Source: a bacterium
GTDB taxonomy: Bacteria > Desulfobacterota > Deferrisomatia > Deferrisomatales > BM512
Direction: 5' to 3'
DNA length: 64,000 nucleotides
Assembly: GCA_004322275.1 (NCBI GenBank)
Contig: SCTA01000017.1
Span: forward strand, 11,595 to 75,594
Shown here: one piece after another, positions 28,491 through 38,004 of the stretch
Numbering within the stretch: the first letter of the stretch is position 1
How the letters are laid out: each line of letters begins with the position of its first letter
Program-made: the position numbers and the translations under genes
The notes under the pieces: generated by a model
Database searches by the model: none
The model's input: the letters and a program-made list of their open reading frames with translations, nothing else
What the model was told of the DNA's origin: nothing

Positions 28491-28517
28491 CAAAAAAAGA
28501 GGGGCTCCGTGAGCCCC
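28491..28517 (-). terminator. Orphan Rho-independent terminator (minus strand)
   Basis: On the minus strand, GGGGCTC-ACG-GAGCCCC is followed by TCTTTTTTT. It lies about 580 nt downstream of the nearest minus-strand CDS. Confidence 0.55.
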
Positions 28518-28749
28518 GAGGGAGGAGTTGCGTATACCGCAACCTGAATATACCTCTTCGCCCTCCTCTCTACAAGTAAAATAAAACGGCGTTATTAAAA
28601 TAAAAGGTTGATTTTAAGCCGCGTGCCCTTGTGATTATGAGTTACTTTCACAATTACAAAACCTCGTTAGCGCAAGCGAAACACACGCGCTCAATTGCAG
28701 TGTGAGGATTTAAAAACGGGGGAGATGTTCGGAAAATTCGCGGTGAGAC

Positions 28750-29084
28750 CATTTCGGCGAAGTCCAGGGAGTCCGCAGGGCGCGTACTGAAAAACAAAGT
28801 GGTTTTAATCGGGCGAGTTCACAGGCGCGGTTTTCCGTCTCCGGCGAGGAATCCCACAGCTATGGCGAGTTTTTGCCAACTCCGTCCGGCAAACTATTTC
28901 GGCGAAGGGCAAGGAGTCCGCGGGGCGCAGTTTGAAACGCAGTGGTTCTAATCGGCGCGTTCACAGGCGCGGTTTTTCCGCTCCCGGCGAGGAATCCCGC
29001 AGCGAGAGGGCGAGACAGTAGCAGCGCTACGGCGAGCCCTTGAGCGAGGACATGACGAAGCCGGGGGCGGAAAGGATGCGCCGG
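28750..29084 (+). repeat. Composite repeat array: two B-like/linker units of about 145 nt in tandem, the second fused to a full type III core element (about 28973..29084)
   Basis: The string atttcggcga at 28751 recurs at 28896, and ccggcgaggaatccc at 28841 recurs at 28984. The core is gagagggcgagacagtagcagcgctacggcgagcccttgagcgagg. Confidence 0.85.
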
Positions 29085-29095
29085 ATGGAAGCTTC

Positions 29096-29980
29096 CTAGG
29101 AGACGATCAGCTGGTGGGCGTTGCAGTGGTGGAACAAATGATGACTCACCGAGTCGAAAAACCTCCCGGCGATGTCGCTGACTTCCGGCCGCCCGACGAT
29201 CACGAAATCGTAGGATTCCTCCTCCCGGACCTTGCAGGCCAGCGCCGCCGCGTCCCCCTCCAGCACCTCGGTGGCTGCGACATGCCCGGATACCGCGAGC
29301 TTTTTCACGTACCCCTGCAGCATCTCCTCGCCTTCGCGGTGAGCCTTTTGAAGTGTTTCGTAGCGCTCTTCGGCGCTCATGCCGTCCACCCCGAGTTCCT
29401 TGAGGTCGATGGTGTAGAGGAGGGTTACCATTACGGTTTCGGGCGAGTTCAGCTTCTCCAGGAATTTTACGCATCTTTCGGAGACGGGCGATTTGTCCAC
29501 GGCGCAGAGGACTTTGAGCTTGCCGTCTTTCGCGATGGATTCGGGGGGAGGGCCGTATTGCTTTACCACGAGAATCGGTTTTCGGACCACCCTGATAAGT
29601 TCGCTGGAGACGGTGCCGACAAGCACCTCCCAAAGATCGCTGCGCACCTTCGACCCGAGAACGAGAAGATCGTATTTGTTAGCTATCTTGGAGATTGTCC
29701 CTTCAGGTCTGCCCTCAAAGATTTTTATTTCGGGGTCGATGCCGATTTTTTTGAGTTTATCGACCCCTTTCCCGACCTCGATCCTCGCCGCCGCCCTTTC
29801 GCGCTCCATGAGGGCGCCCGAGACGGGCTCCGGCGCGAGGAGATAGCGGAACCAGCCGGGGTAAAGAGCGTGCGCAAGGGTAATCTCTCCGCCGGTCGCC
29901 AAAGCTATCCGGCCCGCCGCCTCCACTCCGGCGAGCGCCTCTTCCGTGCCGTCCACGGGAACGATGATCCTGAGGGGCAT
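29096..29980 (-). CDS. Universal stress protein, tandem UspA domains
   Basis: Two Usp-like halves are present (MPLRIIVPVDG..., KVLCAVDKS...), each ending with G..GR/GS-type ATP-binding-like segments. Confidence 0.8.
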   Translation of the reverse strand: MPLRIIVPVDGTEEALAGVEAAGRIALATGGEITLAHALYPGWFRYLLAPEPVSGALMERERAAARIEVGKGVDKLKKIGIDPEIKIFEGRPEGTISKIANKYDLLVLGSKVRSDLWEVLVGTVSSELIRVVRKPILVVKQYGPPPESIAKDGKLKVLCAVDKSPVSERCVKFLEKLNSPETVMVTLLYTIDLKELGVDGMSAEERYETLQKAHREGEEMLQGYVKKLAVSGHVAATEVLEGDAAALACKVREEESYDFVIVGRPEVSDIAGRFFDSVSHHLFHHCNAHQLIVS

Positions 29981-30329
29981 GGGTTCCTCCCGGCAAAGGT
30001 CACTTACTTCTTTTGAAGTAAGCCAGATTGCTGACAAACTTCGTCTTTTCTCCGATTGACTTCGTCAGGCTCGAAAAACGATCCTCGAAATACCTTCCAG
30101 TATTCCTCCGGTCTTTTTTCTCGCCTTCCTCGTTCTCGAAAAAAATACTATGTTTGTCGCAATCTTAAGCCTGTTGACCTGGTGTACCCTTGCTGTTCTG
30201 TTTTTGTGTGCGGAAAACTTCTCTTTCGCCACAAATGACTTTGTCAACAGTCTGAAGCTCTTTTGAAGTAAGCCTCACTTTGGAGCCCCGTCAAGGAAAC
30301 CACGCAAAAGAACCCGAACGGCACAGCCG

Positions 30330-31607
30330 TCAGACGTTGCGGTTGTCTATTATTCTGCGCGCCTTTATCTCGATGGGCCCGAATTCGCAGGGATCGGCCA
30401 ATTTCGCGGTGATCTCGATACCGAGCTTCACTTCGAGATTTCGGCGGAATTTATCCAGCCCCTCCTCTGCGCCTTCTCCGGTCAGACCGACCAGGGTGGT
30501 GACGGTATCGACGCCCTTTTCGCGGTTTATGATTATGCGGTACTCGGGGAGCCTGCCGAGGGTGCTCAGGAGGACCTCTTCTATCTGGGAGGGGAAGACC
30601 TTCGCCCCGCGCATGACGACGATGTCGTCGTTTCTGCCGAGGATCGGGCGCATGCGGGTCCCGGTCCTTCCGCAGGGGCAGCTTCCCGGCATTAGCTGGG
30701 TCAGGTCGCCGGTGCGGTAGCGTATCATCGGGAAGGCTTCCTTGGTGAGGGTGGTGACCACCAGTTCGCCCATCTCGCCGGGCGGGACGGGCTGCAGAGT
30801 CACCGGGTCGATTATCTCGGCCAGAAAGTGATCCTCGGCGAGGTGGAGGCCGTTCTTTTCCAGGCATTCGCCCGCTACTCCGGGCCCCATTATCTCGGAG
30901 AGGCCGTAGTTGTCGGTGGCGGTTATCCCGAGACCGTCTTCCAGTTCCTGACGCACCCGCTCCGACCACGGCTCCGCGCCGAAGAGCCCCCACTTGAGAG
31001 AGAGGCTTGCCCTGGGGATGCCGGACCTCTGAATCTCCTCCAGTATCTGGAGCGCGATGGAGGGGGGGCAAAGGAGGGCGGTGGATTTGAAGTCCTGCAT
31101 TATCTTGATCTGGAGGGGAATTTTAGCGTGGGCCGTGGGAATGACGGAGACCCCGAGCCTCTCGGCGCCGTAGGTCAGCCCGAAACCGCCGGTGAAGAGG
31201 CCGTAGGAGAAGGCTATCTGCGCCACGTCGTCCTTTGTTACCCCTCCGGCGACCAGTATGCGCGCGGTGAGGGTCCCCCAGGTCTTCAGGTCGTTGCGAG
31301 AATAGCCGACGGCGACGAAGGAGCCGGTGGTGCCGGAGGAGGCGTGGATGCGGACCACGTCCCTAAGAGGCGTGGCGAAGTGGCCGTAGGGGTAGTTGGC
31401 GCGAAGGTCCTCCTTGGTGGTGAAGGGCACCCGGGAGAGGTCGGAGAGGCTCTTGATGTCCGTCGGCTCTATCCCGAGGGAGTCGAACTCCTTCCTGTAG
31501 AAAGGGACGTGGGCGTAGACGCGGTTGAGCGTCGCCTGGAGCCGTTCAAGCTGGAGATCGGTGAGCTCTTCCCTGTCCAGGCACTCTTTTTCCGGTTCCC
31601 AGTACAT
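30330..31607 (-). CDS. Phenylacetate--CoA ligase family protein (paralog 2)
   Basis: The sequence VPFTTKEDLRANYPYGHF...RIHASSGTTG...YGLSEIMGPGV matches the same family as 20155..21447. Confidence 0.88.
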   Translation of the reverse strand: MYWEPEKECLDREELTDLQLERLQATLNRVYAHVPFYRKEFDSLGIEPTDIKSLSDLSRVPFTTKEDLRANYPYGHFATPLRDVVRIHASSGTTGSFVAVGYSRNDLKTWGTLTARILVAGGVTKDDVAQIAFSYGLFTGGFGLTYGAERLGVSVIPTAHAKIPLQIKIMQDFKSTALLCPPSIALQILEEIQRSGIPRASLSLKWGLFGAEPWSERVRQELEDGLGITATDNYGLSEIMGPGVAGECLEKNGLHLAEDHFLAEIIDPVTLQPVPPGEMGELVVTTLTKEAFPMIRYRTGDLTQLMPGSCPCGRTGTRMRPILGRNDDIVVMRGAKVFPSQIEEVLLSTLGRLPEYRIIINREKGVDTVTTLVGLTGEGAEEGLDKFRRNLEVKLGIEITAKLADPCEFGPIEIKARRIIDNRNV

Positions 31608-31626
31608 TTGCCTCTCCTTTTAATGT

Positions 31627-31749
31627 GCCAAAATTGCCTTAAGCCCCGTTTACTGCGTCGCGTGCTCGCTCAAGGGCTCGCCGTAGCGCTGCTACTGCCT
31701 CGCCCTCTCGCTGCGCGGCTCCTTGTGACCGGGGCTCAGAGCAATTTTC
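31627..31749 (-). repeat. Intergenic hairpin repeat, arm type II, between livF and paaK paralog 2
   Basis: The reverse complement carries the core ...gcagcgagagggcgaggcagtagcagcgctacggcgagcccttgagcgagcacgcgacg... flanked by complementary AAAATTGC..AGCCCCG arms. Confidence 0.9.
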
Positions 31750-31760
31750 ACCTCCCGGTT

Positions 31761-32489
31761 TTACTCGTGCTGTTCTCCGCCGAGGTAAGCGCGCTGCACG
31801 TCGCGGTTCACCAGCAGCTCAGCCGCGCTCCCCTCCAGAACCACCTTCCCGGTTTCAAGAACGTAGCCCCGGTCCGCGATCCGAAGGGCCGCTTTGGCGT
31901 TCTGCTCGACGAAGAGTATGGTAAGCCCCCTCTCGCGCCGGAGCCCCTCTACGTACTGGAAGATCTCTCGTATCACCTTGGGAGCCAGACCCATCGAGGG
32001 CTCGTCGAGAATCAGCACCTTCGGGCGCGACAGGAGCGCCCTTCCGATGGCCAGCATCTGCTGCTCGCCCCCCGAAAGGGTTCCCGCGACCTGCTTTCGC
32101 CTCTCGGCGAGGCGGGGGAAGAGTCCGAAGACCTCGTCCACCTCTTTCCTGATCGCCGCCGAGGTCCGGAAATTAAAGCGGTGGTAGGAACCGAGCAGGA
32201 GGTTGTCCTCCACCGAAAGCGGCTTGAAGACGCGCCGGCCTTCGGGGACGTGGGCTATCCCCTCGCTTACTATCCTGTCGGGCCGCGAGCCGGTAATCTT
32301 CTTCCCGTCGAGAAATATCTCCCCGCTTCCGGGGCGTATTAGGCCGGAGATAGTCGCCAGAAGGGTGGTCTTTCCCGCGCCGTTGGACCCGATGAGGGCC
32401 ACGATCTCCCTGGGCGCGACGTGAATGGTCGCGTTTCTAAGCGCGTGGACCATCCCGTAAAAGACGTCGAGATTCTTTACCCTTAACAA
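31761..32489 (-). CDS. livF: Branched-chain amino acid ABC transporter ATP-binding protein LivF-type
   Basis: It has Walker A GSNGAGKTT, the signature LSGGEQQML and Walker B ILILDEPS. Confidence 0.92.
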   Translation of the reverse strand: MLRVKNLDVFYGMVHALRNATIHVAPREIVALIGSNGAGKTTLLATISGLIRPGSGEIFLDGKKITGSRPDRIVSEGIAHVPEGRRVFKPLSVEDNLLLGSYHRFNFRTSAAIRKEVDEVFGLFPRLAERRKQVAGTLSGGEQQMLAIGRALLSRPKVLILDEPSMGLAPKVIREIFQYVEGLRRERGLTILFVEQNAKAALRIADRGYVLETGKVVLEGSAAELLVNRDVQRAYLGGEQHE

Positions 32490-32545
32490 TTTTTACCACC
32501 TGACCGGATTAATGCATGGCTGTTTTTCTGTGAATTCAGGAGGTT

Positions 32546-32672
32546 GCCAAAAACATCGCGAGAAGCCCCGGTTACAAGGAGACGCGGAGCGAGAAGCGAG
32601 GCATAACCGGGTGTTAGGCGAGCTTCGAGTGAGCACGCGACGCAGTAAACGGGGCTCGCAGCAGTTTTTGGC
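32546..32672 (+). repeat. Intergenic hairpin repeat, arm type II with a divergent centre, between livG and livF
   Basis: The arms GCCAAAAAC..GAGAAGCCCCGG and CGGGGCTCGCAGCAGTTTTTGGC are complementary. The central cagtagcagcgctac is replaced by cataaccgggtgtta. Confidence 0.85.
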
Positions 32673-32679
32673 ATCCTCC

Positions 32680-33450
32680 TTAGTCCTCGCCCAGATAGGC
32701 CGCGATGACTTGTGGATTCTTCTGGACTTCCGCCGGGGTCCCTTCCGCGATGACCTCGCCGAAATTGAGCACCAGAATCATGTCGGAGACGTTCATCACC
32801 AGTTCCATGTCGTGCTCGACCATCACCACGGTGATTCCGCCGTCCACTATCTTCCTGACGAGGCTGCCGAGGGCGGAGGTCTCCTTCATGTTTAGCCCTG
32901 CGGCGGGCTCGTCGAGAAGGAGCACCTTCGGCCCGGCGGCGAGCGCCCGGGCTATCTCCACGAGGCGAAGGGAGCCGTAGGGGAGCGCCGAAGCGGAGGA
33001 CTCTATCTTGTCGGCAAGCCCTACGAACTCCAGCCACCTCTGGGCTTCCTCGCGGAGCGCCTTTTCGCGCCCGAAGTAGCGCGGGGTGCGGACAAGGGAA
33101 TCAAAGAGGGAGTAGCCGCCGTGCAGGTGGCAACCGGTGAGGACGTTGTCCATGATCGACATGTTCTGGAAGACTTCGAGATGCTGGAAAGTCCTCACTA
33201 TCCCGGCCTTCGCGACCTCGTGGGTCGCCCGCCCGGAGATATCTTTCCCCTCAATGGCTATCGAGCCGGTCTGGGGCTTGTAAAAACCGGTGATGACGTT
33301 GAAAAGCGAGGTCTTGCCTGCGCCGTTTGGTCCGATTATGGCGTGAAGGTCGCCCTTTTTCACCGCGAAATCCACCTCCGAGAGGGCGCAAAGGCCGCCG
33401 AAGGCGAGGGAGATTCCCTTTCCCGAGAAAAACGCGGACTCCGCGCTCAC
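32680..33450 (-). CDS. livG: Branched-chain amino acid ABC transporter ATP-binding protein LivG-type
   Basis: The motifs GPNGAGKTS, LPYGSLRLVEIARAL and LLLDEPAAG are present. The GTG start was chosen because it overlaps the livM stop (GTGA). Confidence 0.88.
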   Translation of the reverse strand: MSAESAFFSGKGISLAFGGLCALSEVDFAVKKGDLHAIIGPNGAGKTSLFNVITGFYKPQTGSIAIEGKDISGRATHEVAKAGIVRTFQHLEVFQNMSIMDNVLTGCHLHGGYSLFDSLVRTPRYFGREKALREEAQRWLEFVGLADKIESSASALPYGSLRLVEIARALAAGPKVLLLDEPAAGLNMKETSALGSLVRKIVDGGITVVMVEHDMELVMNVSDMILVLNFGEVIAEGTPAEVQKNPQVIAAYLGED

Positions 33451-34442
33451 CCGGCCCCCTCCCGCTTTGAGAAGAGCCCGATGCGCCGGAAGACCTTCAC
33501 GAACAGGGAGGCAATCCTGTGTATCGCCTCGGCCAGCCCGCCGGGTAAAAAGATCATGCAAAGGACCAGTATCGCTCCGTAGATCACGATGTCGAAATTT
33601 TCGACCATGCGCAAAAATTCGGGCAGCGTAGTGAGAAAGAGCGCCCCCGCCAGCGAACCCCAGAGGCTCGCCATGCCGCCGAGCACGACCATCGTCACGA
33701 GCTGCACCGAAAAGGGGAAGCCGAAGGTCCCCGGCGAGACGAAGGTGACGTAATGGGCGTACAGGACCCCGGCCACGGCGGCGTAAAGGGCGCTGACCAC
33801 GAAGATGAAGAGCTTGTACCCAGCGACGTTTATCCCCAGCGCCGAGGCCCCGGCCTCGCTGGTGTGGATGGCCCGTAGCGCCCTGCCGTTTCGCGAAAGC
33901 ATTATGTGCTGCGAAAGGAGGAAGATGAGAAAGGCTATCCCCCAGATGAGGTAGTAGAACTCCAGGTCTTTTACCGGTTTCCAGCCGAGCATTACGGGCT
34001 TGGGTATTCCCGAGAATCCCGAGGGGCCGCCGGTTATGGCGGTGGCCTCGTTGAAGAGTATGTAGACGATGATGCCGAAGCCGAGGGTTCCCATCGCGAG
34101 GTAATGGCCCTTCAGCTTCAGGGTCGGCCTCCCGATAAGCCAGGCCACGCCCCCGACGAGAAAGACTGCCGCCGCCGCCGCCCCCAGGAAAGGCCAGCCG
34201 TGGGTGGCGGTGAGGATTCCGCTGGTATAGGCGGCAAGGCCGAAAAAGGCGGCGTGGCCGAGCGATATCTGCCCCGCGTAGCCCAAAAGGAGATTGAGGC
34301 CGATAGCGAGAATGGAGTTGAGGCCCGCGAAGATAAGCACCGTCAGGTAATAATCGTTCGGCAGCGTTTTGGGCATGACGAGAATGGCCAGGGCGAAAAA
34401 CATGAGGCCGACAATCCTCCGGCTGAAAAAACCCGGGCCCAT
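33447..34442 (-). CDS. livM: Branched-chain amino acid ABC transporter permease LivM-type
   Basis: This is a multi-TM permease with the GQISLGHAAFFG motif. Confidence 0.9.
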   Translation of the reverse strand: MGPGFFSRRIVGLMFFALAILVMPKTLPNDYYLTVLIFAGLNSILAIGLNLLLGYAGQISLGHAAFFGLAAYTSGILTATHGWPFLGAAAAAVFLVGGVAWLIGRPTLKLKGHYLAMGTLGFGIIVYILFNEATAITGGPSGFSGIPKPVMLGWKPVKDLEFYYLIWGIAFLIFLLSQHIMLSRNGRALRAIHTSEAGASALGINVAGYKLFIFVVSALYAAVAGVLYAHYVTFVSPGTFGFPFSVQLVTMVVLGGMASLWGSLAGALFLTTLPEFLRMVENFDIVIYGAILVLCMIFLPGGLAEAIHRIASLFVKVFRRIGLFSKREGAG

Positions 34443-35324
34443 CTAGACGCGCTCTCCCATCTTCTTGCCGAAAAGGCCGGAAGGGCGGACGAAGAGGAGT
34501 CCGAGGAGGAGGACGAAGGCTATCGCGTCCTTGTAACCTGAGGAGAAGAGCCCCGCGCCGAGCGATTCAATCACGCCAAGGAGCACTCCCCCGGCCACAG
34601 CTCCGAAGGGGTTGCCGAGGCCGCCGAGGATGCACCCGGCGAACCCCTTGAGACCCAACAGTATCCCCACGTCGTAGGAGGTGAGGGTTATGGGGGCGAG
34701 AATGACGCCCGCTATCGCGCCGGACATCGCCGAAAAAGCGAAGGAGAGGGTCACCATCGTCCCGACGTTTATTCCCATCAGCGAGGCGGCCCTCGCGTCG
34801 TAGGAACAGGCCAGCATCGCCTTTCCGGTGATGGTCAGCTCGAAAAACAGCTTCATCGCGATAAGGACGAGAATCGCGGTCCCCACCACCCAGAGGTTCT
34901 GGGGGAGTATGGCCGCGTCCAGGAAGAGTATCGGCGAGCCGCCGGTGAAGGGCGGAAGGGAGAAGGTGTCCTTCCCGAAGAGGAGCATGGCCCCTCCCCT
35001 AAGAAGGATGGAGATTCCTATGGTGATGATTACGAGGTGTATCGGCGACCGGTGGCGGACGGGCTGTATGGTGAGCCTGTCGATGAGAACTCCTATCGCC
35101 GTCACTATGGCCACCGCCGCTACCACGGCGAGCGGCAGGGGGAGCCCCCACCACTGCATGGCGAAAACGGCCAGCATTCCGCCCAGCATGACGAATTCTC
35201 CCTGGGCGAAATTGATTATCTCCGTGGTGTTGTAAATGACGGTGAATCCCAGCCCGGCCAGGCCGTACGTGGAACCCACCGTCACACCGGAAATAAGGTA
35301 TTGAAGAATCTGTCCCTGGGTCAC
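34443..35324 (-). CDS. livH: Branched-chain amino acid ABC transporter permease LivH-type
   Basis: This is a multi-TM permease with the NFAQGEFVMLG motif. Confidence 0.9.
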   Translation of the reverse strand: MTQGQILQYLISGVTVGSTYGLAGLGFTVIYNTTEIINFAQGEFVMLGGMLAVFAMQWWGLPLPLAVVAAVAIVTAIGVLIDRLTIQPVRHRSPIHLVIITIGISILLRGGAMLLFGKDTFSLPPFTGGSPILFLDAAILPQNLWVVGTAILVLIAMKLFFELTITGKAMLACSYDARAASLMGINVGTMVTLSFAFSAMSGAIAGVILAPITLTSYDVGILLGLKGFAGCILGGLGNPFGAVAGGVLLGVIESLGAGLFSSGYKDAIAFVLLLGLLFVRPSGLFGKKMGERV

Positions 35325-35342
35325 AAAGTTCCTGACTTCTTG

Positions 35343-36491
35343 CTACTTCATCATCCGCCAGTCGCCGCCGGTGATTTTTACCATAACAAAGGCCTCGTCC
35401 GTAAGGCCGTTATGATCCGGGGCGGAGAGATTGAACTCGCCCGCGGTGCCGTAGACCTTCCGGACCTTTTCGAGACCGTCCCTGATTGCGGCGGGCTCTG
35501 TGGAACCGGAAATCTTCACCGCTTCGGCTATCAGGAGGACGGCGTCCCGGACGTGGCCGCCGAAGGTGGAGACCTCCTGCTTGAAATTAGTCTCATAATT
35601 CTTTTTATATGTCGAGAGAACCTTTTTCTGGGGATGGTCTCCGGCGACCTGGTCCTCGACGATGAGCCTGCCCGCGGGCAGCATCACGCCCTCGGCGCTC
35701 TCGGCTCCGGCAAGTTCTATGAATTTCTTCGAGGCCACGCCGTGGCTCATATAGAGGGGGGTCTTAATGCCTAGCTGGACGCGGTTTCTCGTGACGACCG
35801 CCGGGCCGGGGTTGGTTCCCCAGCAGACGATCGCCTGCGCGGCGGTGCCCTTTATCTTGGTGAGCTGGGCGGTCATGTCGGTGTCCTTGGGCCCGAAGAC
35901 CTCGTCGGCGACGATCTCGATTCCCATCTCTTTGGCGATGGACAGAAGCTCTTCGCGGCCTGCCGCGCCGAAGCCGTCGGAGGCGGTGATTATCGCCAGC
36001 TTGCTTATGCCGGAACCCTGCGCGTGCTTGTAAATCTTCCTCACGGCGGGCTCGTCGCTGGGCGCGGTCTTGAAGACCCACTTCTTGACCGGCGAGGTGA
36101 TTTTCTTCGCGGCGGCGCAGGAGACCAGAGGTATCCCCGCCTCCTCGGCCTTGGGAACCACGGCGAGGGTGTTGCCGGTGGTGCTCGGCCCGACGATTAC
36201 AGCGACCTTGTCCATCTTTACCAGCCGGTCGAAGGCGGTCACCGCCTTTGTCGCGTCGGTCTCGTCGTCGTAGATTATGAACTCTATCTTCGCGCCGTTG
36301 ATTCCACCGGCGGCGTTGATCGCCTCTTCCACCATTTTCGCTGTGTTTTTCTCAGGCTCCCCTATGAAGGAGGCGGGGCCGGTGGCCGAGAAAATTCCGC
36401 CTATCTTTATCGTGTCGGCGGCGTTGGCGGCGGCAAAAATCGCAAGGACGCAAACTCCCGCCAGAAAATACCGGGAAAAATATTTTTTCAT
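35343..36491 (-). CDS. ABC transporter periplasmic amino-acid-binding protein (LivK/LivJ family), copy 1
   Basis: The signal peptide is MKKYFSRYFLAGVCVLAIFAAANA. The sequence TIKIGGIFSATGPASFIG shows the type I periplasmic binding fold. Confidence 0.88.
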   Translation of the reverse strand: MKKYFSRYFLAGVCVLAIFAAANAADTIKIGGIFSATGPASFIGEPEKNTAKMVEEAINAAGGINGAKIEFIIYDDETDATKAVTAFDRLVKMDKVAVIVGPSTTGNTLAVVPKAEEAGIPLVSCAAAKKITSPVKKWVFKTAPSDEPAVRKIYKHAQGSGISKLAIITASDGFGAAGREELLSIAKEMGIEIVADEVFGPKDTDMTAQLTKIKGTAAQAIVCWGTNPGPAVVTRNRVQLGIKTPLYMSHGVASKKFIELAGAESAEGVMLPAGRLIVEDQVAGDHPQKKVLSTYKKNYETNFKQEVSTFGGHVRDAVLLIAEAVKISGSTEPAAIRDGLEKVRKVYGTAGEFNLSAPDHNGLTDEAFVMVKITGGDWRMMK

Positions 36492-36597
36492 TTTTATCCT
36501 CCGGAGAAGCGGTATGCGAGAAAGAAAGAGCGCCGGTGCGGGGAACAAAAAAGAATCCGGGAACCCGGCCTGGACCGGGCTCCCGGCGCTTTGACGG

Positions 36598-37749
36598 TTA
36601 TTTCTGCATCTGCCAGTTGCCGCCCACGATCTTGACCATTACGAAGGCGTCTTCGTTAAGGCCGTTGTGATCTTCCGGGGAGAGGTTGAATTCTCCAGCG
36701 GTGCCGTAGAACTTTTTCACCTTTTCAAGCGCGTCGCGGATGGCGGCGGGCTCGGTGGAATTGGCGAGCTTTATCGCCTCGACCACCAGCATGAGGGAAT
36801 CGTAGGCGTGGCCGCCGAAGGTCGAGACATCCTGCTTGAAGGTCTCTTCGTAATTCTTCTTGTAGGTGGAGATTACCTTCTTCTGGGGGTGGTCGTCGGC
36901 TACCTGGCCCTCGACGATAAGCCTGCCCGCGGGGAGCATTATCCCTTCGGCGTTTTCAGCCCCGGCCAGCTCGATGAACTTCTTCGAGGCCACGCCGTGG
37001 CTCATGTAGAGGGGAATGGAGATGCCGAGCTGTACGCGGTTGCGGGCGATGACGGCGGGGCCGGGGTTGGTGCCCCAGCAGATTATCGCCTGCGCGTCGG
37101 TGCCCTTTATCTTCGTAAGCTGGGCGGTCATGTCGGTGTCTTTGGGCCCGAAAACCTCGTCGGCGACGATGTCGAGCCCGGCCGTCTTGGCGATCGCGAG
37201 AAGCTCCTCGCGTCCGGCGGCTCCGAAAGCGTCGGAAGCGGAGATGATGGCGATTTTGGTTATGCCCGCGCCCTTGGCGTGGTTGTATATGCGCCTGACC
37301 GCGAGGTCGTCGCTCTGGGGGCTCTTGAAGACCCACTTTTTGACGGGGGAGACTATCTTTTTGGCGGCGGCGGCGGAAAAGAGGGGTATCTGCGACTCTT
37401 CGGCCTTGGGCACGATGGCGAGGGTGCTGCCGGTGGTGCTGGGGCCTATAACCGCGACAACCTGATCTTTTTTGGCGAGGCGGTCGAAGGCGGTGACGGC
37501 CTTTGTCGCGTCGGTCTCGTCGTCGTAAACGATGACTTCAACGTTTTTGCCGAGAAGTCCGCCGCTCTTGTTTATCTGCTCTTCCAGCATCTTCGCGGTG
37601 TTTTTCTCGGGCTCGCCGAGGAAGGACGCGGGACCGGTGACGGAAAAGATCGCGCCGATGCGAATGGGGTCCGCCGCCAGCGCGGTGGTAGCCGATACGG
37701 CCAGAAGCCCGAGTCCCGCACAGAAAATTCTTGAAAGCCTTCCTGTCAT
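36598..37749 (-). CDS. ABC transporter periplasmic amino-acid-binding protein (LivK/LivJ family), copy 2 (close paralog of copy 1)
   Basis: It has a signal peptide, and long identical peptide runs are shared with copy 1 (for example GPKDTDMTAQLTKIKGT.AQAI.CWGTNPGPAV). Confidence 0.88.
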   Translation of the reverse strand: MTGRLSRIFCAGLGLLAVSATTALAADPIRIGAIFSVTGPASFLGEPEKNTAKMLEEQINKSGGLLGKNVEVIVYDDETDATKAVTAFDRLAKKDQVVAVIGPSTTGSTLAIVPKAEESQIPLFSAAAAKKIVSPVKKWVFKSPQSDDLAVRRIYNHAKGAGITKIAIISASDAFGAAGREELLAIAKTAGLDIVADEVFGPKDTDMTAQLTKIKGTDAQAIICWGTNPGPAVIARNRVQLGISIPLYMSHGVASKKFIELAGAENAEGIMLPAGRLIVEGQVADDHPQKKVISTYKKNYEETFKQDVSTFGGHAYDSLMLVVEAIKLANSTEPAAIRDALEKVKKFYGTAGEFNLSPEDHNGLNEDAFVMVKIVGGNWQMQK

Positions 37750-37930
37750 TGCTGTCTCCTTTCCAAGGGTTTTCGTTAAACCAAAAAAACTTGCCGCTTT
37801 ACGGGTCCGGCGCAAAGGCGGAAAAAACCTTCCATTCCCCGCCCCCGCCGCCTTTAAAGCGGCGTTTTAAAAACACCACGAAAATCAGGGGGTCAATCTA
37901 CCATGAGTCGCATTGACTGGCCAATAATAA

Positions 37931-37970
37931 ATAAAAAGCCCGCAAGCATTGAGAAAAAATGCTGCGGGCC
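37931..37970 (-). terminator. Rho-independent terminator after iorB
   Basis: On the minus strand, GCCCGCAGCATT-loop-AATGCTTGCGGGC is followed by TTTTTATTTATT. Confidence 0.75.
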
Positions 37971-38004
37971 TGGCCTCTTCCGGGAACCGAAAAGTTTTAT
38001 CAGA

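Noticed and set aside
28750-29084. I considered whether the recurrent units here and at 57231..57589 form a CRISPR array.
   Set aside because: The units are about 100-145 nt, imperfect and not separated by unique spacers of regular length. The same modules are scattered singly around the window, and no cas genes are present.
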